From NCBI GenBank assembly GCA_023205875.1, contig CP060766.1, positions 248,001-312,000 on the forward strand: a stretch of 64,000 nt of DNA, read 5' to 3'. Positions 20,847 to 31,002 of this stretch are shown here, one piece after another (within the stretch, counting starts at the first letter, position 1; the number at the start of each line of letters is the position of its first letter). Position numbers and translations under genes: made by a program. A model generated the notes under the pieces. It saw only the letters and a list, made by a program, of their open reading frames with translations. It did no database searches and was not told the DNA's origin. Source of the DNA: Chloropicon primus. Taxonomy: Eukaryota.

Positions 20847-20877
<31 letters not shown>
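20682..20877. repeat. (GA)n at about 20682-20716 and (CT)n at about 20849-20877
   Basis: Directly visible dinucleotide microsatellites in opposite orientation. Confidence 0.9.
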
Positions 20878-20879
<2 letters not shown>

Positions 20880-21309
20880 GATCTTCTCTTTCTCTTTCGT
20901 TGTCTCTTTGTCTTGGTTTGGTTTGGTTTGAATACATTGCGTATTCCTGAGTGCAAACACAGAAGAGGGGAGAGAGGACTGATGGAAAAGGGAGGCCTCG
21001 CTGGCTGGCTTGCCACAAAAAGAAACACGAAACCAAAACAATCTCTCCTCTTTTCCTATTCTATTAATAATCCTACAAACTATAATCCTATAATCCTATA
21101 AACGAGAGGACGAGAGGACGAGGACGAGGACGAGAAGGAACTCACTCTCTCTCTCTCTTTCTCCTCCTCTCCCTCTTTTTGTGTGTCTCTCCCTCAGTGT
21201 AAACCAGCAGAGCCAATGAGCAGTCAGAGTGAGGGGTAACGGCTGGTGTCGAGGCAGAAGGCATTGCGAGGAGGAGCGCGCGACACACGGGGTACGGTAC
21301 GGGGCCACG

Positions 21310-21825
21310 ATGGACGCCACGACGACGGGAAAGGGGGGCGCGAAGAAGCCGAGTGACTTCAAGTCCAAGTTCAAGAAGTTCACGAAGAGTTTGAGTACGG
21401 ATAAGATCAAGAAAACGTTCTCGAAAGCTTCTTCGAAGGACAAGATTCCAGACAAGCTGCAAGAGAATGTCCCCCCAGTGCCCGTGACGCCGGAGGAGGG
21501 TGGGAAAACGACGGCGCCGAAGACGCCGGAGCCCAAGGCGACGCACCCCAAGTCCCCTCTCGCCGCCGTGGCCGCCATGAAGTCGACGCCCTTCAACTCG
21601 CCGGAGAAGAAGCAGATCGATGTGACCAGGTCGCCGAGCCCACCTGTGGTGCCGAAGACCAAGCCGAGCGCCCCGCCCCTGCCGAAGATCGAGGACGAGG
21701 GTGACGCGAAGGAGGACGATGGCGGCAAGCGGAGCGCCAGGAGCATCCTCATCAACTGCAGCCGGGTCGTGGGTGCCGGCGTGGCCCTGCTCGCGCTGAA
21801 GGCGGCTGTCGGGAGACAGAAGTGA
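21310..21825 (+). CDS. Lys/Pro-rich disordered protein with C-terminal hydrophobic anchor, unknown function
   Basis: ATG at 21310, coding-like codon usage, many S/T-P sites, C-terminal VVGAGVALLALKAAVGRQK. Confidence 0.6.
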   Translation: MDATTTGKGGAKKPSDFKSKFKKFTKSLSTDKIKKTFSKASSKDKIPDKLQENVPPVPVTPEEGGKTTAPKTPEPKATHPKSPLAAVAAMKSTPFNSPEKKQIDVTRSPSPPVVPKTKPSAPPLPKIEDEGDAKEDDGGKRSARSILINCSRVVGAGVALLALKAAVGRQK

Positions 21826-22100
21826 TGATGGGACGGTTCGGGGAACAGCAAGCCAAGAAGAAAGCAAGGAAGAGCGAGCGAAGGCGCCGGGGAGAGGGGA
21901 TCAAGAAGACTTCTTCCTCCCCCCCTTCCTCTTAAGTTTTGAAAGAATTGGTATTCACAGCAAATGCGGATCGCTCCGTCCAGCCTACCAAAACTGTCCA
22001 CACACACACACAATAAATTACGTACGCCGGCGACTCTCTCTCAGCTCTCTCTCTCTCTCTCTCTACCTGCTCCAGGATCTCCAAAAGTTCGTAGCGTTGT

Positions 22101-23741
22101 TCACTGGAAGTGAGGGTTGTGCTTCTTCTGCAAGGCCTTCATCTCGTCGCTGACGGCGTCCGCGTTGGGCCTGAGCTTGGACCAGGTCTCCGCGACCCTC
22201 GCCCTGACCTCCTCGAAGGAGTCCCACTCCAGGTCGTCCTTGGGCCTCTGATCGTACACCACACGAAGCAGGTTCTCAGAGTCGCCCACTTGGTCCTTCG
22301 GGAACACGGTCGGCGTCCTGAAGCCGTCTCCGGACTCGACGTACTTGACCGCGAGCTTTCCGGGAAGGCTTGTCTTGCCGACATCCGTCTTCGGGGCCTT
22401 CATGACGATTCTCTCGACTCCAGTGGCTTCCGGCACGATCGCGCTCAGCTTGGTCGCAAAGCTCATGGTGTCCCTGTTCACCTTTTGCAGGAGACCGCCG
22501 CCCATGCCGAAGGCCACGTTCTCCGCGCTGTACCCGGCGGCCATCGCGGCCTCCAGGATCTTCCTCAGCCCGTCGATGTTGATCCCGTCCCCCTGGATCA
22601 CGCCGCAGCCGTTGATGACCTTGTAGCCCTTGGCGTTCGTGGTGCATCCGAAGACCTTCTCCGCGGCCTCCAGGGCCATGAGGACCGCCTCCACCGGGTC
22701 CCCGGAGTCCGGCCTGAGCACCATGTACCCCCCATCACCCTTGGCGTTCTTCTTGGAGGCCACGGAGGGCAAGATCTCGTTCAGGGCCTTGGCGTAGTCG
22801 TACGAATCCATGACGCAGGCAAAGAGCCCATCGCCGTAGACCTCGATCATGTTCTCGATGGCCTCCTTCTCGGTCTCCCACGACATCATGACGCTGTGCT
22901 CCGTGGCCGGAATGCTTGAGGCCACCGGCTTGCCCCCGTTCAGCACGAACTGAGCGTAGTACGCCGCGCTCATGGTGTCGCTCCCCTCAAAGTTCAGCAG
23001 GTGAGCGCAGCCCCCAATGACGCTCTGCTCGGCGCAAGTGCAGCCCCTGAAGCCAAAATCGTGAAGCCTGGAGGGGATCAGGAAGTTCTTCTCCTCCTCC
23101 ACGCTCCTGTCAAAGGCATCCTCCACAATCTGCCTGCACCTTCTGCTCAACGTGGCCACCGTCGTTGGGTACCACACCTGGCACAGCAAGGTCTCGAAGA
23201 AGGTCACCAGCCCGGTGTACTTGCCCTCTGCGGTGATCTGGAACACAGGCACGTGGGAGTTCACGCACGTTCCCTCAGGAAGAGCCTCCAGCTTGATCGG
23301 GAAGTACCCGTCGCACTCCTCCAAAATGCTGTAGAACAGGTCCTCCGGCCAAGGGTACCTGGTATTGAACGGAGCCTTGTGCGTGTCATAGAACTTGGCA
23401 ATGTTGTCCACCTCCTGCTTGGTCCACTTCTTGTGCAAGAAGGTCTCCACGATGTAACGGATGCCGTAAAACACGCAACGAGTGTCCTCCTTGTCCTTGT
23501 TGTACCCTCTCCTGAACTCGCCATAAGCACTCGCCTCCGTGGCCTTGGGATACTGCGTGAAATGTCCCGCCTTGTACGAGTCGGAAAGGATCCCAATGGG
23601 CAACCCACCGAACAAGCTCTCGCTTCCGAACGCTCTCGCCATCATCCTGTTCCTGTTCCCAAGCACCGTTGTCCTCTTCCTCGCCGTCAAGTTCCACCTC
23701 CCAGCAGCAACCCAGCTAAAGTGCCGAGCCACGCGAAGCAT
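22101..23741 (-). CDS. NAMPT: Nicotinamide phosphoribosyltransferase
   Basis: SDSYKAGH, WYPTTVAT, LHDFGFRG, GSDT, PATEHS, RPDSGDP, IQGDG, FGMGGGLLQK. Likely start MLRVARH, which looks like a transit peptide. Confidence 0.9.
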   Translation of the reverse strand: MLRVARHFSWVAAGRWNLTARKRTTVLGNRNRMMARAFGSESLFGGLPIGILSDSYKAGHFTQYPKATEASAYGEFRRGYNKDKEDTRCVFYGIRYIVETFLHKKWTKQEVDNIAKFYDTHKAPFNTRYPWPEDLFYSILEECDGYFPIKLEALPEGTCVNSHVPVFQITAEGKYTGLVTFFETLLCQVWYPTTVATLSRRCRQIVEDAFDRSVEEEKNFLIPSRLHDFGFRGCTCAEQSVIGGCAHLLNFEGSDTMSAAYYAQFVLNGGKPVASSIPATEHSVMMSWETEKEAIENMIEVYGDGLFACVMDSYDYAKALNEILPSVASKKNAKGDGGYMVLRPDSGDPVEAVLMALEAAEKVFGCTTNAKGYKVINGCGVIQGDGINIDGLRKILEAAMAAGYSAENVAFGMGGGLLQKVNRDTMSFATKLSAIVPEATGVERIVMKAPKTDVGKTSLPGKLAVKYVESGDGFRTPTVFPKDQVGDSENLLRVVYDQRPKDDLEWDSFEEVRARVAETWSKLRPNADAVSDEMKALQKKHNPHFQ

Positions 23742-23941
23742 ATGCCAAACGAAGACAAGATCTACCACAGGAGCACAGTGCTGTGTCTTCGTCTCCAAGA
23801 ACCCTTCGTCTCCAAGAACCCAAACCAGAACCTTCCCATCCAACCAAGTGACAGCGTGGCACCCTTCCCCTTCCTTCACTTGAGAGAGGGCGAGGCCTGG
23901 CCAACCCAAGGGAGAGTGTCGATGGCCGAGGGGACGCGATA

Positions 23942-24270
23942 GATTCGTAACCGTAACGCCTCTACCAAGCCGTTACGAATCGAGTCAACCTCTCTCTCGC
24001 TCTCTCACTCTCTGTCTCTCTCTCTCTCTCGGGTCGCTGCTCTTCGATAGACGACACTGAAGGAGACGAAGACAGCAACAACACAATCCTCATCAGGAAG
24101 TTGAGGTTGATTGATTGATGCCCCTCGAGGGGTACAGGGCTTCGGACGATTTCGTAACGGTTTGGGAGAGGCGTTACGAATCGAGTCAACTTCTCTCGGG
24201 TCGGTGCCTCTCTCTTCGCGACAAAAGCGTCGCGCAAATCGATAGACGACACTGAAAGGAGACAGCATCA
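23942..24270. repeat. Diverged direct duplication, offset about 195-205 bp
   Basis: CGTTACGAATCGAGTCAAC at 23971 and 24172; TCGATAGACGACACTGAA at 24044 and 24239. Confidence 0.85.
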
Positions 24271-24408
24271 CCAACATCAATCACCAGCAGCATCACCAGC
24301 AGCATCACCAGCAGCAACAAGGGGGGCGAACGCATTGGGGAGGAGGTCGAGGGGTTGAGGTGCGAGAGGTGAAAGATACCGAAGCTGCGTCTCGCGGCCT
24401 CTCGTTGG

Positions 24409-24909
24409 ATGCGTCGGTTGCCGCGAATGGTGGCGAGGATGAGGATTAACCTTCGGGCAGGGGCCAGGAGGTGGAGGCTGGAGCAGCCGAGGAGGGGGAG
24501 GGGGGGGCTTCGACGGGGTGCGGTGGACTGGGCGAGGGACTACGGTCGAGGGGAGGCTCACCTCTCCGCGGATTGCGACGAGGGCGACGTCGTGGCGTAC
24601 TTGACGGGGCAGTGGGAGGTGGACGGAGTCCTGGTGGGGGACGAGGAGGCAGACCCGAAGGTGGAGCTCATGGTCCTCGACCACCTCCAAGTGGTGTGGA
24701 CCCACAATTGCGAGCACGGCCAGTGCCGGGGCTGGGCCCTGGCGGTGTCCCCGGGCGGAGGAGTCGAAGTGACGGGGAGGGAGGACCTCGTCCAGTGCGG
24801 CCCGGAGCAGCTGGTCGCCAGGCTCGGGTGCCGGTGGAAGGACGAGGACACGGGCCAGCTCGTGGACGACCTTCCGGAGGAGATCGGACGACTTGTTCAA
24901 ACGCAGTAG
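24409..24909 (+). CDS. Hypothetical small protein, possibly organelle-targeted
   Basis: Arg-rich N-terminus, then a globular-looking region EGDVVAY...WEVDGVLVG...VVWTHNCEHG...GPEQLVARL; high GC3. Start uncertain. Confidence 0.6.
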   Translation: MRRLPRMVARMRINLRAGARRWRLEQPRRGRGGLRRGAVDWARDYGRGEAHLSADCDEGDVVAYLTGQWEVDGVLVGDEEADPKVELMVLDHLQVVWTHNCEHGQCRGWALAVSPGGGVEVTGREDLVQCGPEQLVARLGCRWKDEDTGQLVDDLPEEIGRLVQTQ

Positions 24910-25452
24910 CCGCTCGTGCGGGGAGCACGACCCAAGAAGCGGCGTGAGGGCGCCGAGTGTTGGAGGCTAGAGCGGCGCCGAGAGATGTTGTTCTCGTCGC
25001 TCTGTGTAGTCCCACACGTAAGCATATGGTAATAATGTGAGTTTGTCCTGCTTCTCTCCGTGACAATGGCAACGGATGATGGCAGACAAAGGGGAAAGCA
25101 GGCTATGCATTCGATTGTGACCTCGGCCACGCACTACCTACTGTCCCTTTGTTCCTCATCAATCACCGTCCTGCTTCTCCTGTGAACAACTCCCAACGAC
25201 ACAGAGAGAGACAAAGACAGAGAGACAAAGACAGAGACAGAGAGAGAGACAGAGAGAAAGAGGGGAGAACATCTAACGAGGACAATGCACCCCCCATTGC
25301 CATTGGCATTGCTCTCCTCCTCCTCTTCCTTCATCTCCTCCCCAAGGAGGCGAGATATTTTTCACGATAAGAAAAGCGGGCCAGAAAGCTTACGTCAAAG
25401 GCGGCGACGACGCACAACGAGAGAGAGAGAGAGAGAGAGACAAACTGCCAGT

Positions 25453-26948
25453 ATGGGAGGAGGAAACATCGGCGAAGGAAGGCAGCCAGTATACGGCACA
25501 ATGGTACGGAACCCAACCTCTCTCTCTCTCTTGCCTTTCCCCCCCCCCCCTTTTTTTTTTTTCCTTTTCCCCAAAACCATGACTGACCATGGCATGCATG
25601 AACTTTTTTCTCCTCCTCCTCCTCTTCCTCATCCCTTGCTCCTGGTGATGGGTTGACGCTTGGTGCTGGCGTTGGCGTTGTGGTGATGCATTAGGTGCCG
25701 TTCGGCGACCCATCGTGGTACAGGGGGCACAACAGTCCGTACTACCGGGATACGCATCACGCTTGGCGCGCGAAGATCAGAGCGTTCTGCGAGTCGGAGA
25801 TCATGCCGTACTGCAAGGAGTGGGATGACGAGAAGAAGTTGCCCGACGACTTGCTGAGGAAGTGCTACGAGGCCCAGATCTTGCCAGCGTCTTGCGGAGG
25901 CCAGTGGCCAACCGAGTACGTCGGACCAGGACCAGCCGACTTTGATGCTTTCCACGAGCTCATCATGATTGACGAGCTCTCCAGGTGCGGCTCCGGTGGA
26001 GTCATGTGGGGCATCATGGGAGGTCTCGCTATCGGGCTTCCCCCGGTGTTGCAGAACGCCTCCAAGTACATCAAGGACAAGGTTGCCGCGGACTGCTTGA
26101 ACGGAAGCAAGAGGATTTGCCTGTGCATCACGGAGCCGACCCACGGCAGTGACGTCGCCAACTTGAGAACATCTGCGGTCAAGTCCAAGTGCGGAAAGTT
26201 CTACGTTGTGAACGGAGAGAAGAAGTGGATCACCAACGGTATTATGAGCGACTTCTTCACCGTCGCTGTCAGGACTGGCGGTCCAGGGCCACAGGGGATC
26301 AGCATGGTGTTGATCGAGAAGTCGATGCCTGGCGTCAAGTGCAGGCAGATGGACTGCACTGGAGTCTGGGCCTCCGGAACCACCTACATCACTTTCGATG
26401 ACGTCAAGGTTCCCGTGGAGAACCTCATTGGCCAGGAGGGCCACGGCTTCAGGTACATCATGTACAACTTCAACCACGAGAGGTGGATGCTCATCGCTCA
26501 GGCCGTCAGGTTCGCCAGAGTCTGCCTCGAGGAGTCCGTGAAGCACGCCATGAGAAGAAAGACTTTCGGAAAGAAGCTCATCGAGCACCCCGTGATCCGT
26601 CTCAAGATCGCCGAGATGGCCAGGCAGGTCGAGGCGACTCAGGCCATGCTCGAGTCCCTCACCTACCAGATGAACACCATGTCCAAGGAGGAGCAGAACC
26701 TCAAGTTGGGCGGAGACACCGCCATGCTCAAGGTGCAGGCCACCAAGGTTTACGAGTATTGCGCCAGGGAGTCCCAGCAGATCTTGGGAGGCATCGCCTA
26801 CACCAAGGGAGGACTTGGGGAGAAGGTTGAGAGGCTTGGAAGAGAAGTCAGGGCTTACGCCATCCCAGGTGGTTCCGAGGAGATCATGCTTGACTTGAGC
26901 GTGAGACAGGCGATGAAGATCTCCAAGGTGTTGAAGAGCAAGATGTAA
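25453..26948 (+). CDS. Acyl-CoA dehydrogenase with PTS1-like C-terminus (exons 25453-25503, 25695-26948)
   Basis: CITEPTHGSDVA, NGEKKWITNG, NFNHER, AIPGGSEEIM. GT-AG intron 25504-25694 joins YGTM|VPFGDP in frame. Ends in SKM. Confidence 0.9.
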
Positions 26949-27059
26949 AGCCGCGATCTTGTTCCGCTTGACTTAAAACCCCTATATTTCAATTCCTTTG
27001 TTTTTTGTTCAATTAGGTTTTGTGCAAAGCCCGGTGGTGCCCTCCCAGTGCTCCGCCTC

Positions 27060-28337
27060 TCATTGCCCCTCCTCCTCCTCCTCTCCCGAGACCTCCATCA
27101 CCGTCTCGTCCACGTAGGTCAGCGACTGGGGCGGGCAGATCATGTGTAGGCTGAAGATGGCCTTGCAGAACAAAGAATTCGCCATGGAGTCGAGGTCGCC
27201 GTCGCTCGACCTGCTCGCAGACTTGATGAGTGCCGCCTCGACCGGCACGCACATTCCTTCCGAGGACATCAGGAGGTAAAATTCCACCGCCACCGGCACG
27301 TCCTTCAAGCTCTTCTCCTCGTCGGTCATGATCAGGTACACCGTCGAGCAGAAAATAAGCGTTACCAAGTTCTCGAAGAGGTCCTTGTCCACGGCCCAGG
27401 CGTGGGAAGTCATGCGCCAGGTGAACAGCTGGTCCTGGATGGCCACCACGAGAGAATCCTTGAAGTCGTCGCTCAGGACGAACTCCTGGTCCGATGGCAG
27501 CACCTCGTCCTGAGATTGGGTGAAGTATAGCGCCCTGGTGTTCCGAAGGAAGTGGTGCATCCGACCCCTCAACCCGTCCACCATGAACATGAACTCGTGC
27601 TTCTCGAGGAAGCCAACCCCGTTTGTGTCTATGGAAGCAAACATGTACTCCACTTTTTCCTTGAACTTGTCCGAGTTGTACACTTGCTTCGAGTGCCGCC
27701 ACGCCGGGTTGGTGGTCTCGACCTTCTTCGACTCGAGGAACGTCTCCCACATCATCGGCTTCTCCTCCTTCTTGGGCTTGCCGCCCTTCTTCTTATTCTT
27801 TGAGGACGCGAAGAGAGACAGCAGCCCCTTCCTGCTGCTTTTCACCGCTTTCCTGTCCTCCTGCCACTGCTCCAGCACCCTCGCGAACCCCAGCTGCGAC
27901 GACGAGTCCTCGCCCAGCTCCATGTCCATGTCCTCGGCCTCCGACGCGCCAAGCGTCGTGCCGCGCCGGAAGTTCAGCGTCTGCAGCGGCATCTTGTCCT
28001 CGTAGCTGTCCGTCCGGTCCCTCGAGTTCCTCGATGTCGTGACCTTCGCCGCTCCATACGACAGAGTTCCCCTCTCCTCGATCTGCTTTTGTATCTCCGT
28101 GTAGTCCGGCTGGAACGGGGGAGCCCTCGCTTGCTCTTGGGATCCCCCAACCGCCGCATTCATCCTCCCCGTCTCCCGCCTGTCGTGGAACTCCATCGAG
28201 TCGCACGACAGGGAAGACCCCGAGCCCGTTGAGCTCTTCTCCAACGCCCTCCGCATGGAAGTCTCCATACTTCCCAGCTCCGTCGCCTCCCCTTCGCCGG
28301 GTCCGGCGAAGGGCACGACGCTGCAGCAATTGCCCAT
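27060..28337 (-). CDS. EF-hand-containing protein with N-terminal myristoylation/palmitoylation motif
   Basis: MGNCCS start at 28337; EF-hand loop FASIDTNGVGFLEKHEF. Confidence 0.65.
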   Translation of the reverse strand: MGNCCSVVPFAGPGEGEATELGSMETSMRRALEKSSTGSGSSLSCDSMEFHDRRETGRMNAAVGGSQEQARAPPFQPDYTEIQKQIEERGTLSYGAAKVTTSRNSRDRTDSYEDKMPLQTLNFRRGTTLGASEAEDMDMELGEDSSSQLGFARVLEQWQEDRKAVKSSRKGLLSLFASSKNKKKGGKPKKEEKPMMWETFLESKKVETTNPAWRHSKQVYNSDKFKEKVEYMFASIDTNGVGFLEKHEFMFMVDGLRGRMHHFLRNTRALYFTQSQDEVLPSDQEFVLSDDFKDSLVVAIQDQLFTWRMTSHAWAVDKDLFENLVTLIFCSTVYLIMTDEEKSLKDVPVAVEFYLLMSSEGMCVPVEAALIKSASRSSDGDLDSMANSLFCKAIFSLHMICPPQSLTYVDETVMEVSGEEEEEGQ

Positions 28338-28657
28338 CGCAGCTCGACCGAGCGGATCTCTCGCTGCCCTTCCCTCCTCGTCCTCCGCCTTGTCAACCAC
28401 AAGCACGGCACGGCGTCGTCGTCCTCTTCCGCCCTCCGCAGTCCTCAATGCTCAAGCAGCCCGTGCGTTACGATTGAGATGAGGGGAGATTGGTCGAGTC
28501 GAGGACGAGAGCCAGCCAGGAGCAATGCTGGCAATCATCAACCAAGCAAGGGGAGATGGATGGGACAGGCTGAGGACTGCCTTGACCTCTGCCTGCGATG
28601 TGTTTCTCTCTGTCTGTCTCTGTCTGTTTGTGTTTGGTTGCACTATTCAAGTTAGTT

Positions 28658-29517
28658 TTACAGTCGATTCTTTTTAGAAGAAGAGCAGAAGGCCTTGAGC
28701 TTCTTGAAGACCTGCACGGGGGTCAGCCCGCTGACCTGCATGGCGAATCCCTTGTTCGCACCGAGTTCGAGAAAGGTCAGCTGAATCTGGCGGACCTCTA
28801 GAACTTGGGCAAAGAGGGCGAGGACCTCCTTCTTTCCCTCCAGGCTCGTCGGATGGGCTTCTCCCAGTTTGACGCTTATCTTGTCGTGAAACAGGTTATA
28901 TATCCCGGCCTTGGCCCGGCTGGAGTAAGAGACGTCAAGAAGCAGTCTGACCACAGCTCCGGTCTCTTTCAGCTCCTCTTGAATCCCCGGAGGAAGGTGA
29001 GACTCGCCGTAAGTCTGCTCCTTCGTTTGATAGTCCTTCAACGCGTCTTTGAGAATGTAAAGCACCTGGACGACGAGAGACGGACATGCGCGTCAGTGAG
29101 TCGCCGTCGCAGTAAGCGTGGGGAGCGATGGCGTGGAATCCCTTATCCTCTATTCTTGCGTGCGTGTGCCCGTGCATCCGGCACTTCGCTTACCTTGCCC
29201 TCCGGCTTGAACGTGTACGCGACGGGGAGGTCCCCCAGCACCAAGCGGTGCTGCCTTTCCACCTTCCCGTCATCCCTCCGGATCCGCTTCGCCCCGCCCT
29301 CCGTCAAGTAGAGCTTCGTCTGGTGCTTGTCCATATCAAGCACGCTGGAGCCGTCCCTCGGCCTCAAAGGCAGCGACTTCAAGGACACTTCGGTCACCAG
29401 TGCGTGCTTTCCAGTGTATTTGCATATGTACACAAAGAGCTTCCCTCCGGTGCCCTCCGATGCCGCAGCTCGGGAAGCATTCTCGCTCGAGTAGTACTGC
29501 GTGGTCACCCGTGGCAT
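28658..29517 (-). CDS. STEEP1/CXorf56-like + DUF167 (YggU) protein, plant UPF0235/CSU4-like (exons 29517-29194, 29065-28658)
   Basis: MPRVTTQYYSSE...LFVYICKYTGKHALVT...LPLRPRDGSSVLD, joined in frame across GTAAG...CAG intron 29193-29066 to a DUF167-like region ending VSGLTPVQVFKKL. Confidence 0.8.
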
Positions 29518-30302
29518 CCCTCCCTCCTTCTTCCCCAACAAGCAACAAGAAGCCCAGACACCAACCTCACTCCATCAGACAGTCAAGCGAGACAGAGAGA
29601 GAACCTGACGAACAAACGGTTCCACAGCTCGTCTCAAACCGCATGAAACGCGTGCAATAAAAAAAACCACCTCGATTCAATCGTTCGATTCGAGGTGTCG
29701 CTCCCAGCCCCTTTCTCTGTCCTCCTCGCCGTCCACTCCCTCCACACGACGCGAATCCTCCACAGGTCCCAGATGGCCAAACACACACACAAGTGTTTGT
29801 ATCAGATCACTCAGAGCGTCAAACGAGTCGATGGAACGCTCGTTGGAATCCTCGCGAGATGAACTTTCGTCCTGTATCTTCTCCCCACCCTTTCCTGCAC
29901 CGCGAAGCCTTGTAAAACGCTTTCCGGAGAACAAGGTCCCGCCTGAGACGAGCTTTCCCGCGTATTTTTTTGACCCCCAAAAGCGCGGGAACAGGTGGCG
30001 AAGCACTTGGGAACGAGGTACGCTTGCGACCGGCACGGAGGCCGAGGACGGAGAGAAAGGGCCTCGAGGTTGGCACTGGCGGAATCCTCTCCCTCTCCTC
30101 TTTCGAACGACCCCTCGCGAGGCAGGAATGACTTGGTTGGACTGAACAAGAGCTTCCTTCTTCGACGATCCCGTTCATAATCATCATCATAGAGTGGTTT
30201 GTGATCATAAGTGTGAGGCTGCTGAGGTTGAGAAGGTTGTTGGGGACACCTTCGCGCGGTGCAAGAGGAGGCAACAGCACCAGGGACATCGTTACCGGAA
30301 GG

Positions 30303-30815
30303 ATGCCATCGCAAGCGGACGTTGCTCGCATGACGACGGAGGTGAGGCCGACCAAGGTCCAGGCGACCGGTCCGGGACCAGAGTTTCACTTGGCGCTTCA
30401 AGTGAAGAAGCTCTCGGAGTCGGCCAAGATCCCGTGCCGTGGCTCGGACGGGGCAGCTGGATACGATCTGTACAGCGCCCACGATTGCGTGATCCCAGCG
30501 AGAGGGAAAGGCATGGTGAAGACGGACATCTCCATCGCCATACCTTACGGGACCTATGCGAGGATCGCGCCGAGGTCTGGACTCGCTTGGAAGAACAGCA
30601 TCGATACGGGAGCCGGTGTCGTGGACTACGACTACAGGGGGCCTGTTGGCGTTATCCTGTTCAACCACTCGGATGTGGACTTTGCGGTGAGCAAGGGGGA
30701 CAGGGTCGCGCAGATGATCCTCGAGAAGATCGTGACGCCAGAAATTTTGGAGGTCGAGGAGCTTTCGGACACCAAGAGGGGCGCGGGCGGCTTCGGAAGC
30801 ACTGGAACCAACTGA
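30303..30815 (+). CDS. DUT: dUTPase (trimeric)
   Basis: [40 protein letters not shown]. Start uncertain. Confidence 0.95.
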   Translation: MPSQADVARMTTEVRPTKVQATGPGPEFHLALQVKKLSESAKIPCRGSDGAAGYDLYSAHDCVIPARGKGMVKTDISIAIPYGTYARIAPRSGLAWKNSIDTGAGVVDYDYRGPVGVILFNHSDVDFAVSKGDRVAQMILEKIVTPEILEVEELSDTKRGAGGFGSTGTN

Positions 30816-31002
30816 AGTCAATCGATTTACTTGGTTCGTTCTCGTTGTGGTCAAAAAGTAGTGTGATCACAATAATATACAACTTTTCAAACAACGCTTG
30901 AGTTGTCCCCAACTGACTCTCCCTTGCGCGGCTGGGCTCAGAGGCACCCCCCGACTTCTTCAGTCTTATACCCCAACACGCTTGTACTGTATAGAGCTCC
31001 TC

